Source of the DNA: an uncultured delta proteobacterium
Lineage (GTDB): Bacteria > Desulfobacterota > Syntrophorhabdia > Syntrophorhabdales > WCHB1-27
Assembly (NCBI GenBank): GCA_963810935.1
Contig: CAWEPK010000010.1
Span: forward strand, 96,001-160,000
Direction: 5' to 3'
Length of the DNA: 64,000 nt
The notes beneath the pieces are model-generated. The model was given only the letters and a program-made list of their open reading frames with translations, did not search any database and was not told the origin of the DNA. A program made the translations under genes and the position numbers. Positions 8,951 to 19,593 of the stretch are shown in pieces (the first letter of the stretch is position 1; each line of letters opens with the position of its first letter).

Positions 8951-9273
8951 TGCCTTCACATCCTCGTATTTACTTTATACCTTGCGGTCTCGTCTGTCTG
9001 TAACCTGCTTGCCAATTTGACAAAGATGGAACCGGCAGCATGTAGCCGGTTTAACGGAAGCCAAGATGCGACTGCCGTACGATCTATCGAAAAGAGGGCG
9101 GCTTTCACCGCGCAAGAGGAACGGGCCATGTACTTATTTCGCAGAATCGTACAGGCATGGATCGATAGTTCTTTCTTCGTTGAGCTCATCGGCCGCCACC
9201 GCTGTAGACCGGCGCGAAGGGCGTGCACATAATACAAGTATAAGGCCTATTCTGTGCTTCAGGGAGGTAAACC

Positions 9274-10560
9274 ATCACCCGGCTGGCTGTCGCCAACCAG
9301 TTCTTCACTATCTTAACCGTCAATAGCGGCTCCTCCAGCGTGAAATTCTCCCTCTTCAGGATGAGCGGCTCCGAAGAACAGAGGAGGGTCCGGGGCGCCG
9401 TCGAACGAGTCGGTCTGAGGTCCGGCATCTTCAGGGCGGAAAACGCCCGGGGTGAAACGCTCGTAGAGAGGCATGAGGACGTGCAGGACCATGACAAGGC
9501 CTTTGACGTCCTTTTCGCATGGCTGTGCGGCTCGTCAGCCGCTCCGGATGCGGTGGGCCACAGGATCGTCCACGGCGGCGACGCTTTTGTGGAACCTCAT
9601 ACGGTAACGGAAGAACTGGTCAGGATGCTGCTGCGTCTTACGCCCCTTGCACCCGACCACCTGCCCCATGAGATAAGGGCTATAAGAGCCGTTAAGCGTT
9701 CCTACCCGGCCCTCCCTCAGGTCGCCTGCTTCGACACGGCCTTTCATCGACACATGCCCCGGCTGGCGCGCATGTATCCTCTGCCCCGGTTTCTTGAAAG
9801 GGAGGGGGTGCGGCGCTATGGCTTTCACGGACTATCCTGCGAGTACATAATGGCGGAGCTTGAAAAGGAAGCGGGCAAGGAAGCGGCGGGACGCCGTATC
9901 ATCATCGCCCATCTCGGAAACGGGGCGAGCATGACGGCGGTCAGGAACGGCAAGTCGATGGATACTACCATGGGGTTCACTCCCGCCGGGGGTCTCATGA
10001 TGGGTACCCGTCCGGGCGACCTCGATCCGGGAGTCATGCTCTATCTTCTGGAAGAAAAGGGGCTGCGGCCTTCGACGGTCAGCGACATGGTGAACCAGCA
10101 TGCGGGTCTCCTGGCCGTCTCTGCAAGGACGTCCGACATGGAGGAACTTCTTTCCGCCGAGACGACCGACCCTCACGCGGCGGAGGCGGTCATGCTCTTC
10201 TGCTACCAGGCCAGTAAGTTCGTCGGTGCCCTGGCAGCCGTGCTCGGCGGCCTCGATACCCTGGTTTTTACCGGCGGCATAGGTGAGAATGCACCGGCCG
10301 TCAGGGCGGCGATTTGCTCCGGCCTCGAATTTCTGGGTATAGAGATCGATCCGGCCGCAAATAGAGCGAATATGCCTATCATTTCTGCCGGGGGCAGCCG
10401 GGTGTCCGTCCGCGTGATGAAAACGGACGAAGAGCTGATGACGGCGCGCCATACGTTCAATCTTTTACAAAGAGAACGGGGGAGGTGCAAGTCCGTCGTG
10501 ACCCTTCCGTACCTTTCGGAAAGCACCGGAGGGACCGGGCCAAAGACAAGGAGCAGATGA
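9274..10560 (+). CDS. ackA: Acetate kinase
   Basis: ILTVNSGSSSVKF, VGHRIVHGG, FDTAFH, RRYGFHGLS, HLGNGAS, DTTMGFTP, FTGGIGEN, TDEE; the frame extends upstream of GTG 9340 to an ATC at 9274 behind GGAGG. Confidence 0.93.
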   Translation: MTRLAVANQFFTILTVNSGSSSVKFSLFRMSGSEEQRRVRGAVERVGLRSGIFRAENARGETLVERHEDVQDHDKAFDVLFAWLCGSSAAPDAVGHRIVHGGDAFVEPHTVTEELVRMLLRLTPLAPDHLPHEIRAIRAVKRSYPALPQVACFDTAFHRHMPRLARMYPLPRFLEREGVRRYGFHGLSCEYIMAELEKEAGKEAAGRRIIIAHLGNGASMTAVRNGKSMDTTMGFTPAGGLMMGTRPGDLDPGVMLYLLEEKGLRPSTVSDMVNQHAGLLAVSARTSDMEELLSAETTDPHAAEAVMLFCYQASKFVGALAAVLGGLDTLVFTGGIGENAPAVRAAICSGLEFLGIEIDPAANRANMPIISAGGSRVSVRVMKTDEELMTARHTFNLLQRERGRCKSVVTLPYLSESTGGTGPKTRSR

Positions 10561-13082
10561 ACCGCGACAATGAAAACAACCAGACATCGTCGGCAAAGGA
10601 CATAAACCAGCCCCTGGAAACCCTTTTGCGCAGCCTGAACGCTTCCACGGACGGCCTTACCGGCGACGAAGCGGAGAAGCGTCTCGGGCAGTACGGCCTG
10701 AATGTCATTGGAGAAACAAAGGTAAATCCCCTCCTCAAGTTCCTTTCCTACTTCTGGGGCCCTATCCCGTGGATGATCGAAGCGGCGGCAATTCTTTCCG
10801 CGATAGTCCGACACGTAGCCGATCTGATAATCATTCTTGTGCTCCTTATCTTCAACGCGGTGGTCGGCTTCTGGCAGGAGTACAAGGCAGCCAACGCCGT
10901 GGAGGCGCTAAAGAAACAGCTTGCGTTGAAAGCCCGCGTCCGGCGTGACGGCGAATGGATGGAGGTCGATGCCGCCCGCCTCGTACCCGGCGACGTCGTG
11001 CGGGTGAGGGCTGGAGACATCATCCCTGCGGATCTCAAGCTTTCCGAAGGGGATTATTTGAGCGTAGATCAATCGGCCTTAACGGGCGAGTCCCTCCCCG
11101 TTGATAAGAGACAGGGGGACGTCGCCTATTCGGGATCCATAGCAAAGCAGGGGGAGATGGCCGCCCTCGTCGTTAACACGGGTGATGCCACCTACTTTGG
11201 GAAGACCGCCCGTATGGTGGCGACTGCAAAACCTATCTCCCATTTCCAGAAGGCGGTCCTCCAGATAGGCGACTACCTCATCTATCTCAGCCTGGGGCTC
11301 GTGGCGGTGCTTATCCTCGCCATGCTTTCACGCGGCACGCCGTTGCTCACGCTGGTGCAGTTCGCCCTCATCCTGGTCGTCGCGGCTATCCCGGTGGCCA
11401 TGCCTGCGGTACTCTCCGTTACGATGGCCATAGGCGCCATGGCCCTTGCGAGGCTGAAAGCGATAGTGACCCGCCTGGAGTCGATCGAGGAGATGGCGGG
11501 AGTCGATATCCTCTGCGCAGACAAAACGGGTACCCTCACGCAGAATAAGCTCACCCTCGGAAAGGCGGCAATCTTTGCCGGTGCTTCCATTCAGGCGGTG
11601 GTCCTCGCCGCCGCCCTGGCCTCCAAGGAAGAAGACCGGGACGCCATCGACATGGCTGTGATCGAGGGGCTGGAAGACCCCTCGGCCCTGAACGAGTACA
11701 AGCAGGAGGCCTTTGTCCCTTTCGACCCTGCCCGCAAGCGGACGGAAGCCGTGATTATAGATAAGGAAAAGAAGCGTTTCAAGGTTGCCAAGGGGGCGCC
11801 CCAGGTAATCCTCGATCTTTGCAATCCCTCTCCCGTCCTCGCGCAAAAAGTCAACGGGAAGGTGGAGGAGTTGGCTGGGCACGGGTACCGGACCCTCGGC
11901 GTGGCCCGGCAGGACAACGAGGGCTGGCAATTTCTCGGACTCCTCCCGCTCTTCGACCCTCCCAGGGAAGATGCGGCCGAGACCATCAAAAGAGCCCAGG
12001 ACTACGGCATCGAGGTCAAGATGGTGACGGGAGACAACCTCGCCATCGCGAAGCAGATCGCTTCAGTCCTCAAGCTAGGGACGAACATCAGGCCGGCGGA
12101 GGAGTTCTTTGCCGGATTGACGGGAAAGGAAGAGCGCATACCGGAAGAGACTGCGAAAGAAGTGGAAGAGGCGGACGGCTTTGCCCAGGTCTTCCCCGAG
12201 CATAAGTTCACCATCGTCAAGGCATTGCAGCAGCGGGGGCACATAGCCGGCATGACGGGGGACGGGGTGAACGACGCGCCGGCCCTCGGCCAGGCAAACG
12301 CGGGGATAGCGGTGAGCGGAGCGACCGACGCCGCCCGCGCCGCGGCGGCCCTCGTGCTCACGGCGCCCGGCATCTCCGTCATTGTCAGGGCCGTGGAAGA
12401 GGCGCGGAAGATATTCGAGAGGATGACGAGCTACGCCATCTACCGCATCACCGAGACTATCAGGATCATGTTCTTCGTCGTCCTGACGATGGTTGTCTTT
12501 AATTTCTATCCCATCACCACCGTCATGATAATCCTCCTTGCGCTGCTGAACGACCTGCCCATCATGACGATCGCCTACGACAATACCCTGCTCGAGCAAA
12601 AGCCCGTGCGCTGGGCGATGCGCCGGGTCCTCACCGTTGCGACAACCCTTGGCCTGATAGGGGTCGCCGAGACCTTCGGGCTCCTTTTAATCGCGAGACT
12701 GCTCCTCGACCTCACCGTTCCGCAGATCCAATCGTTGATCTATCTGAAGCTCGCCGTCGCGGGCCACCTCACCCTGTTTGTCGCCAGGACGAAGCGTCCT
12801 TTCTTCACAAGGCCTTATCCCGCCCCCGTCCTTCTGATCGCGGTTGTCGCGACGCAGACCATCGCTGCTCTCATTGTGGGTTTCGGCTTCCTCGTCGTCG
12901 CTATCCCGTGGAAATACGTCGGCTTGGTCTGGGCCTACTGCCTTGCATGGATATTCATCGAGGACCGGGTGAAGCTCCACGTCTACCGCCACCTTCTTCT
13001 CGAACACAAAGGACACAAGACCTTTTTGGACTTAGTGAAGAAAAACCTGCATCCCTATACCGGGGGTCAGGGTCGGGGATGA
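10557..13082 (+). CDS. Plasma-membrane proton-efflux P-type ATPase (P3A)
   Basis: FWGPIPWMIE, LTGES, IPVAMP, DKTGTLT, KGAP, MVTGD, GDGVNDAPA, LLNDLPIMTIAYD; ATGA overlap with the ackA stop. Confidence 0.95.
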   Translation: MNRDNENNQTSSAKDINQPLETLLRSLNASTDGLTGDEAEKRLGQYGLNVIGETKVNPLLKFLSYFWGPIPWMIEAAAILSAIVRHVADLIIILVLLIFNAVVGFWQEYKAANAVEALKKQLALKARVRRDGEWMEVDAARLVPGDVVRVRAGDIIPADLKLSEGDYLSVDQSALTGESLPVDKRQGDVAYSGSIAKQGEMAALVVNTGDATYFGKTARMVATAKPISHFQKAVLQIGDYLIYLSLGLVAVLILAMLSRGTPLLTLVQFALILVVAAIPVAMPAVLSVTMAIGAMALARLKAIVTRLESIEEMAGVDILCADKTGTLTQNKLTLGKAAIFAGASIQAVVLAAALASKEEDRDAIDMAVIEGLEDPSALNEYKQEAFVPFDPARKRTEAVIIDKEKKRFKVAKGAPQVILDLCNPSPVLAQKVNGKVEELAGHGYRTLGVARQDNEGWQFLGLLPLFDPPREDAAETIKRAQDYGIEVKMVTGDNLAIAKQIASVLKLGTNIRPAEEFFAGLTGKEERIPEETAKEVEEADGFAQVFPEHKFTIVKALQQRGHIAGMTGDGVNDAPALGQANAGIAVSGATDAARAAAALVLTAPGISVIVRAVEEARKIFERMTSYAIYRITETIRIMFFVVLTMVVFNFYPITTVMIILLALLNDLPIMTIAYDNTLLEQKPVRWAMRRVLTVATTLGLIGVAETFGLLLIARLLLDLTVPQIQSLIYLKLAVAGHLTLFVARTKRPFFTRPYPAPVLLIAVVATQTIAALIVGFGFLVVAIPWKYVGLVWAYCLAWIFIEDRVKLHVYRHLLLEHKGHKTFLDLVKKNLHPYTGGQGRG

Positions 13083-13149
13083 GGCGCCCCGGAATGAAGT
13101 ACCCGTTCCATCCGGTACGGGGATGCGGTGACCGTAAGGAGGCATAGCG

Positions 13150-15502
13150 ATGACGGCGCTTTCCCGTGAAGAGCTGAAAAAGATAGACGCTTATTGGCGG
13201 GCATCTCTTTATCTCTGCGTAGGCATGCTTTATCTCGACGATAACCCGCTCCTCAGAGAGCCCCTGAAGATCGAGCACGTGAAGAAAAGGCTCCTGGGGC
13301 ACTGGGGGACGGACCCTGGCCAGTCCTTCGTCTGGGTGCACCTCAACCGCCTTATCAAAAAGTATGACCTGAACATGATCTATATCTCGGGCCCCGGTCA
13401 CGGCGCCCCTGCCACGCTGGCCAACGCCTACCTCGAAGGGACTTACTCGGAGGTCTACCCGGACAAAGCCCAGGACGAGGGAGGGATGAAGAAGTTCTTC
13501 AGGCAGTTCTCCTTTCCGGGCGGGATAGGAAGCCATTGCACCCCGGAGACGCCCGGCTCGATGCACGAAGGGGGCGAGCTCGGCTACAGCCTTTCCCACG
13601 CTTACGGCGCAGCCTTCGACAACCCCGGTCTGATAGTTGCCGTGGTCATCGGCGATGGCGAAGCGGAAACCGGCCCCCTCGCTACGTCCTGGCACTCGAA
13701 CAAGTTCCTCAACCCGGCCCGCGACGGGGCGGTCCTACCCATACTCCACCTCAACGGCTACAAGATAGCGAACCCCACTATCTTCGGCCGCATGGGAAGG
13801 GACGAGCTGGAAAGCCTCTTCTGCGGATACGGATACAGTCCGTTTTTCGTCGAAGGCTCGGACCCCATGGCGATGCACGAGCTTATGGCGGAAACCCTGG
13901 AAACCGTGCTCTCGGAGATAAGGGGGGATGGGGCATACTATGCCAGGCGACCAATGATTGTCCTGCGCACCCCGAAAGGGTGGACAGGCCCCAAAGAAGT
14001 GGACGGCCACAAAATAGAAGGCTTCTGGCGTGCCCACCAGGTGCCCTTCGACGTGCACGGCAACCCCTCCCATTTAAGGGTACTTGAAGAGTGGATGCGC
14101 AGCTACAGGCCGGAAGAGCTCTTCGACGCGCAAGGGCGCCTGAGGCAGGATTTACGCGAGCTGGCGCCGTCGGGGACGCGCCGCATGAGCGCTAACCCCG
14201 TCGCGAACGGAGGCTCTATCCGCAAGGCGCCCAAACTCCCCAATTTCAGGAACTATGCGGTCGGGATAGCGGCGCCCGGCGCCTCTACTGCGGAAAACAC
14301 CCGTGTGCTGGCCACGTTCCTGAGGGACGTGATGCGTGATAACCCAGGTATATTCCGTGTATTCGGACCGGACGAAACGGCGTCCAACCGGCTGAGCGCG
14401 ATCTATGAGGCGAGTCCGAAGACCTGGATGCTTCCTGTCCTGCCTGAGGATGCGGACGGCGGGTTCCTCGCGCCGGACGGCCGGGTCATGGAGATGCTGA
14501 GCGAGCACACTCTGGAGGGCTGGCTGGAGGGCTACGTCCTTACCGGCCGCAACGGTGTCTTCGCGTCCTACGAAGCATTCATCCATGTCATCGATTCCAT
14601 GTTCAATCAGCACGCCAAGTGGCTTGAAAAGTGCCTCGATGTACCCTGGCGCGCGCCCCTTCCCTCCCTCAACATACTCCTCAGCCTCTACGGTATGGCG
14701 GCAGGATCACAACGGCTTCAGCCACCAGGACCCCGGCTTTCTGGACCTTGTAGTGAATAAGAGCGCGAGGGTCACGAGGATATACCTGCCCCCCGATGCG
14801 AACTGCCTGCTGTCCATCGCGGACCACTGCCTCCGTAGCACGAATTACGTGAACGTCATCGTCGCGGACAAGCAGATGCACCTTCAGTACCTGACGATGG
14901 ACGAGGCAATAGAACATTGCGCCAAGGGTATCGGCATATGGGATTGGGCGAGCAGCGACGAGGGCCACGAGCCCGACGTGGTGATGGCGTGCGCCGGGGA
15001 CGTGACCACGATGGAGGCCCTTGCCGCAACGGCCATCCTGCGTGAGCACCTCCCCGACCTCAAGGTGCGCTTCATAAACGTCGTGGACCTCTTCAAGCTG
15101 GAGCCCCATACAGAGCACGAGCACGGTCTCACCGACCGGGATTTCGACAGTCTCTTCACAACTGATAAGCCGGTCATCTTCAATTTTCACGGATATCCGT
15201 GGCTGGTCCACAGGCTCGCCTACCGCCGGACCAACCACCGGAACATACATGTGCGGGGCTACAAGGAGCACGGCAACGTCAACACGCCGCTGGAGCTCGC
15301 CATGCGCAACCAGATCGACCGCTTCAACCTGGCCATCGATGTCATCGACAGAGTGCCCCGCCTGGCGGTCACGGCCGCCCACCTCAAGGAACGGCTCAGG
15401 AACCGGATTATCGATAATATGAATTACGCTTATGAGAACGGCACGGACAGGCCGGAGGAGTCGGATTGGAAATGGCCTTTCGCCGAAAAGGCAAAGGAAT
15501 GA
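13150..15502 (+). CDS. xfp: Phosphoketolase (XFP), with one +1 frameshift near 14685
   Basis: [48 protein letters not shown], then [15 protein letters not shown] in the next frame; span 2353 nt = 3n+1. Confidence 0.93.
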
Positions 15503-15563
15503 TTGTTTGGCTCATCGCGGCGGCGCTGTCCGGGGCTCAGGAGGCATGAATAGTGTCGGGCAT

Positions 15564-16028
15564 TTATTTCCTGTGGCGGTTACGGATTTGCTTTGTCAGT
15601 GCTTCAAGATCGCGGTCGAGCCCCTTTACATCCTTCTCCAGCGTCTCCACTTCTGCCTCGATCCCGCTCGGACGGCGTTTCTTCGCCTTTCCGGCCCGGA
15701 GCGCGGTCTTGCACTCAGGGATCTTCCAGTCGAGATCGTATCTCTCGAATATGATGCTCCACCTGCGCGGGAAAGCCCGCTTTACGGCCGCGGCGCAGTC
15801 TTCCTGGCTGCCCGCCTCCCTTATAGCCTGCGCCAACTTGTAAAGGTCCGTATCCTCGACCGACGTTGTCTTTCCGGTCCTCTTTTTCGCGGCGGCAAGG
15901 GAATACGTCAGCGCGGAGGCAACCTTTCCTCTTTCTTGCACGTCTTCAGGGCCTGCCCTCGTTGCGGTCATAATGAAGTCGATCTCTTTTGTATATTCCC
16001 GCATGACGTGTGTCACATCATAACCCAT
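15564..16028 (-). CDS. Hypothetical protein with C-terminal coiled coil
   Basis: 154-aa ORF with protein-like composition; heptad pattern IEAEVETLEKDVKGLDRDLEAL. Confidence 0.6.
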   Translation of the reverse strand: MGYDVTHVMREYTKEIDFIMTATRAGPEDVQERGKVASALTYSLAAAKKRTGKTTSVEDTDLYKLAQAIREAGSQEDCAAAVKRAFPRRWSIIFERYDLDWKIPECKTALRAGKAKKRRPSGIEAEVETLEKDVKGLDRDLEALTKQIRNRHRK

Positions 16029-16217
16029 GGAGAGTTCCTCTGCGCACCGGCTCCCGGTGCTCCTTTGAACACCGGGAAAGGAGCGTCCGATAATCTTAAA
16101 TATTGTATTCCGCTATGCGCCTGTCAACGCGACCGGGCGGCCCAGGGGCGTTTGAGGGAGACTTAGGGATCTGCGAGAGGAGGGGACCGGCCGGCGGCCA
16201 GGAGCGGTTTTGGCGTC

Positions 16218-16733
16218 TTACGAGATTTTATCCCAATCTATGGTCGTATCGTCCGAGGGCAGCGGGATGATAAAAACCGGTTTTCGGGTTCGCTCAAGCA
16301 CCGAGCCGGCCACCTTTCCGAGGAAGGTGTGCCTTAAAACTCCCTTTCCATGAGTACCGAGGACGATCACGTCGCACCCTTCATCATCCGCCGCCTTCAA
16401 TATCTCCTCTACTGGATGACCGATGGGAACGAGGATATTAGATACTAACTGAACACAGGCGTTGCCGTAACTATTTTCCACTTTTTCACAGAACCCGCTC
16501 ACCCTCTTTTTGATTTCCTCTACATATTCCTCCTGTTTCTCCTTTTCGACTTCCGCCATCTTGTCCAGCGTATCCGATTCTACCACGGTAATGTGGCGAG
16601 TGGGGTCAACGGAATGGAGAATAACGATTTGGGCGTTATGCGCCTTCGCCATATCGACTGCATAGAAAAAAGCATAAGCCGAGTTTTTACTCAGATCAGT
16701 CGCGTATAGGATTTTCGTGATGCCTGGAATCAT
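16218..16733 (-). CDS. Universal stress protein
   Basis: KILYATDLSKNS...GHPVEEIL...DVIVLGTHG...FLGKVAGSVL. Confidence 0.93.
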   Translation of the reverse strand: MIPGITKILYATDLSKNSAYAFFYAVDMAKAHNAQIVILHSVDPTRHITVVESDTLDKMAEVEKEKQEEYVEEIKKRVSGFCEKVENSYGNACVQLVSNILVPIGHPVEEILKAADDEGCDVIVLGTHGKGVLRHTFLGKVAGSVLERTRKPVFIIPLPSDDTTIDWDKIS

Positions 16734-17228
16734 GTCTCACCCCCCCACTTTAAAGACCCATCGAAGGTTTTGGTCGCAGCGGTGCGGATATTCGCTTCAA
16801 CCCTCCATTTTATCTGCCGCATTAGGTGCAATGTCAAGAAAAAAGGATCTGCGCGTTGGGATAGAGTTGCCGTTAAGGCAGTTTGGCGGAAATGTAATCT
16901 TCAGTAATAGGCCCTTGCTACAGGCCGACAGCCTGCTTCCTGGAAGCCCGACTTACGATCTAATCGGGACGCTCGGTTACTGCGAGTGGTACTCGTGATG
17001 CGGACCAAGCGGGGGGGCGTGCGAAGTATTCTTGTAACAGCCGGCTTCCGGGATATATAATCTTTCAGCGCAAACAGCCTGCTTTATCTCGCAAGGATAC
17101 GCAGATTATTAGAAATGACGCCGCAGGAAAGCAATTAACGGAAAGAACCAGGTAATGAATAGACTTTCATAGAGATTTGCAAGGCAGGCGAAAAGCTGAA
17201 GGATAAATAACCCCCATAGGAGGCAGGA

Positions 17229-18255
17229 ATGGGTTTCAGGGTGGCAAACATCTGGCCGTTGCCAGGCGAAGATTACAATGAAGAGAAGCTCGCCCCTTAC
17301 AATGTTTCGCTGGTAAGAGGCCTCTGGATGACTGAGGAGGAAATACTGGCCAATGCCTCCGATGCGGATGCGATAATAGGTTGTGTCTCGGTTCACCCCT
17401 TCACGCGAAGGCTCTTGGAGAAACTTAAAAACTGCCGGATTATCGCTGGCGTGGGCATAGGCTACGACGCCACGGACGTTGAAGCGGCCACTCGATTGGG
17501 GATAGCGGTGACCAATGTCCCGGATTACTGCCTCGACGAGGTGTCAGGCCTCGCTCTCACTTTTATGCTCTCTCTCGGCCACAAGATACGCACAATCGAC
17601 CTGGCCGTTAGAAAGAAACATGTCCTCTTTACCGTGGACCGCCAGGCCCTTGTGGATACGGCCTATCCCATTTTCCGGATGAGGGACCAGACCCTCGGCA
17701 TCATAGGTCTCGGCAAGGTGGGGACGACTCTCGCACTCAAGGTGCGGGGTCTCGGAATGAAAGTAATTGCATACGATCCCTACGTGCTCGGACCCGTCAT
17801 GGAAAGCCGGGGTGTCATTCCGGTGGATCTCGACACCCTCCTCGCCGAATCTGACTTCATCAGCCTCCACACGCCGCTCAACGCAGAAACCAGGGGTCTT
17901 ATGACATACGATTGCTACAGGAAGATGAAGAAGACCTGCTACTTCATTAATACTTCGAGGGGGGGCTGCGTCGATCAACCCGGTCTGATAAGGGCCCTCC
18001 AGGAAGGTCTCATAGCGGGGGCGGGGATCGACGTGACAATCGATGAGCCCATCTCGGAAGAAAATCCTCTCCTCGGAATGCCCAATGTTATCCTTACCGG
18101 TCACAGCGCCTGGTACTCGGTCACCGCACAGAAAGAGGCTCTATGCGAAGCCGGTCACCCAGGTAATCCAGGCCCTGAAAGGCGAATGGCCGCTCTACGC
18201 GGTTAACCCGGAGATTAAGCCCGCTTGGCTGTCTAAGTGGGGTGTCAAACGATAG
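17229..18255 (+). CDS. D-2-hydroxyacid dehydrogenase (CtBP-like), +1 frameshift near 18138
   Basis: VTNVPDYC, GIIGLGKVG, SLHTPLN, INTSRG, AGIDV, LTGHSAW; C-terminus LYAKPVTQVIQALKGEWP is in the next frame. Confidence 0.9.
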
Positions 18256-18334
18256 CCCTCGATAATCACCGGCCAGGCTACCTAGCTGTGGGAAAAACCG
18301 GATAGGATCCGGAACGTTCCGGTTGTCTGAAAGT

Positions 18335-19591
18335 CTATATACCCGCCCTGTCGGCCCATTCATCGATCCTGTCGAAGGCGCGATTGATCTCCGTTTCAGT
18401 CGCGCCAAAGGAAAGGCGGATGTGCCCCTCCCCCGTCGGACCGAACCCGCTTCCCGGAATAGTTATGACCTTCGCCTCGTAAAGCAGGCGGAGAGCAAGA
18501 TCAATCGATTTTACGCCTTGCGGCACGATGCGTGGAAAGACATAATAGGCGCCTCCCGGTGTTTCGTAGGAAAAGAGGTCCGATAAACGGTCAAGGCGGG
18601 CGCAGGCCGCCTTTCTCCTCGCATCCAGGGCGGCGACCAGGGCGGCTATAAACTTGTCCCCCTCGCCGTCCCTGCCGTTTGTGGCCTTAAGCGCGGCGAG
18701 GGCGGCGTACTGTGAAATGGTGGGAGCACATATGGCAAAGGCATCGTGCACTTTCAGCACCTGGTCGATGATGCGCGGCGGCGCGTAGAGGTAGCCGACC
18801 CGCCAACCGGTCATGCAGTACATCTTGGAAAAGCTGAAAGCCGCGATCAGCCGGTCCTTCAAATCGGGCATGGCAGCAAAACTGGCATGAGAACGGGGGC
18901 TGTAAACGAGGAAATCATAGGCCTCGTCGGCTATGACGAACAGGTCCTTCTCAATGGCCAGGTCTGCGATTGCTCTTATATCTTCAGACGAAAAGACGGC
19001 CCCGGTCGGGTTCATGGGATTGCAGATAAGGACCGCCTTCGTTCTCGGCGTAACGGCCTGTCTGAACCGTTCCACGTCGAGTTTCCATCCTTCTTTTTCT
19101 ATCATCGGGACAAAGACGGGTACCCCCTCTGCGAAGAGTATCTGTTCGATGTGAGAGGCATAGTTCGGAGAGGGAACAAGCACTTCTTCGCCAGGGTCTA
19201 TCACGGTGCAAATAGCCCCGGCAAGAGCCTCCATAGAGCCGCAGCTTATGAAGACCTCTCTTTCGGCGTCCACCGCGACACCCCGTGTCCTGTGCAAATG
19301 CTTCCCGATCTCCTCTTTAAGCTCCGGCATGCCCGGCTGGAGGGAGTATTTACCGATCCTGTCATCTTCTCTGAGGGCCCGGATGACAGCCTCCGTCACG
19401 AAGGGAGGTGTGGCGAACGAGGGAATGCCCTGGCCCAGCGAGAGGGCGTCTGGTACTTTATGCGCGAGAACGGGCATCTGCTTGATGGCGGAAACAGTTA
19501 TCCGCGCGACCCGTGAGGATATACGGCGCAGGTCTTCCTGTCTGCCCGCGCTTTTGTATACAGATCTATCTTCCATGGACCCGCCTGGCAT
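18335..19591 (-). CDS. PLP-dependent aminotransferase class I/II (alternative start 19576)
   Basis: SLGQGIP, NPMNPTG, DEAYD, SFSKMYCMTGWRVG, IRLSF. Confidence 0.93.
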   Translation of the reverse strand: MPGGSMEDRSVYKSAGRQEDLRRISSRVARITVSAIKQMPVLAHKVPDALSLGQGIPSFATPPFVTEAVIRALREDDRIGKYSLQPGMPELKEEIGKHLHRTRGVAVDAEREVFISCGSMEALAGAICTVIDPGEEVLVPSPNYASHIEQILFAEGVPVFVPMIEKEGWKLDVERFRQAVTPRTKAVLICNPMNPTGAVFSSEDIRAIADLAIEKDLFVIADEAYDFLVYSPRSHASFAAMPDLKDRLIAAFSFSKMYCMTGWRVGYLYAPPRIIDQVLKVHDAFAICAPTISQYAALAALKATNGRDGEGDKFIAALVAALDARRKAACARLDRLSDLFSYETPGGAYYVFPRIVPQGVKSIDLALRLLYEAKVITIPGSGFGPTGEGHIRLSFGATETEINRAFDRIDEWADRAGI

Positions 19592-19593
19592 GC

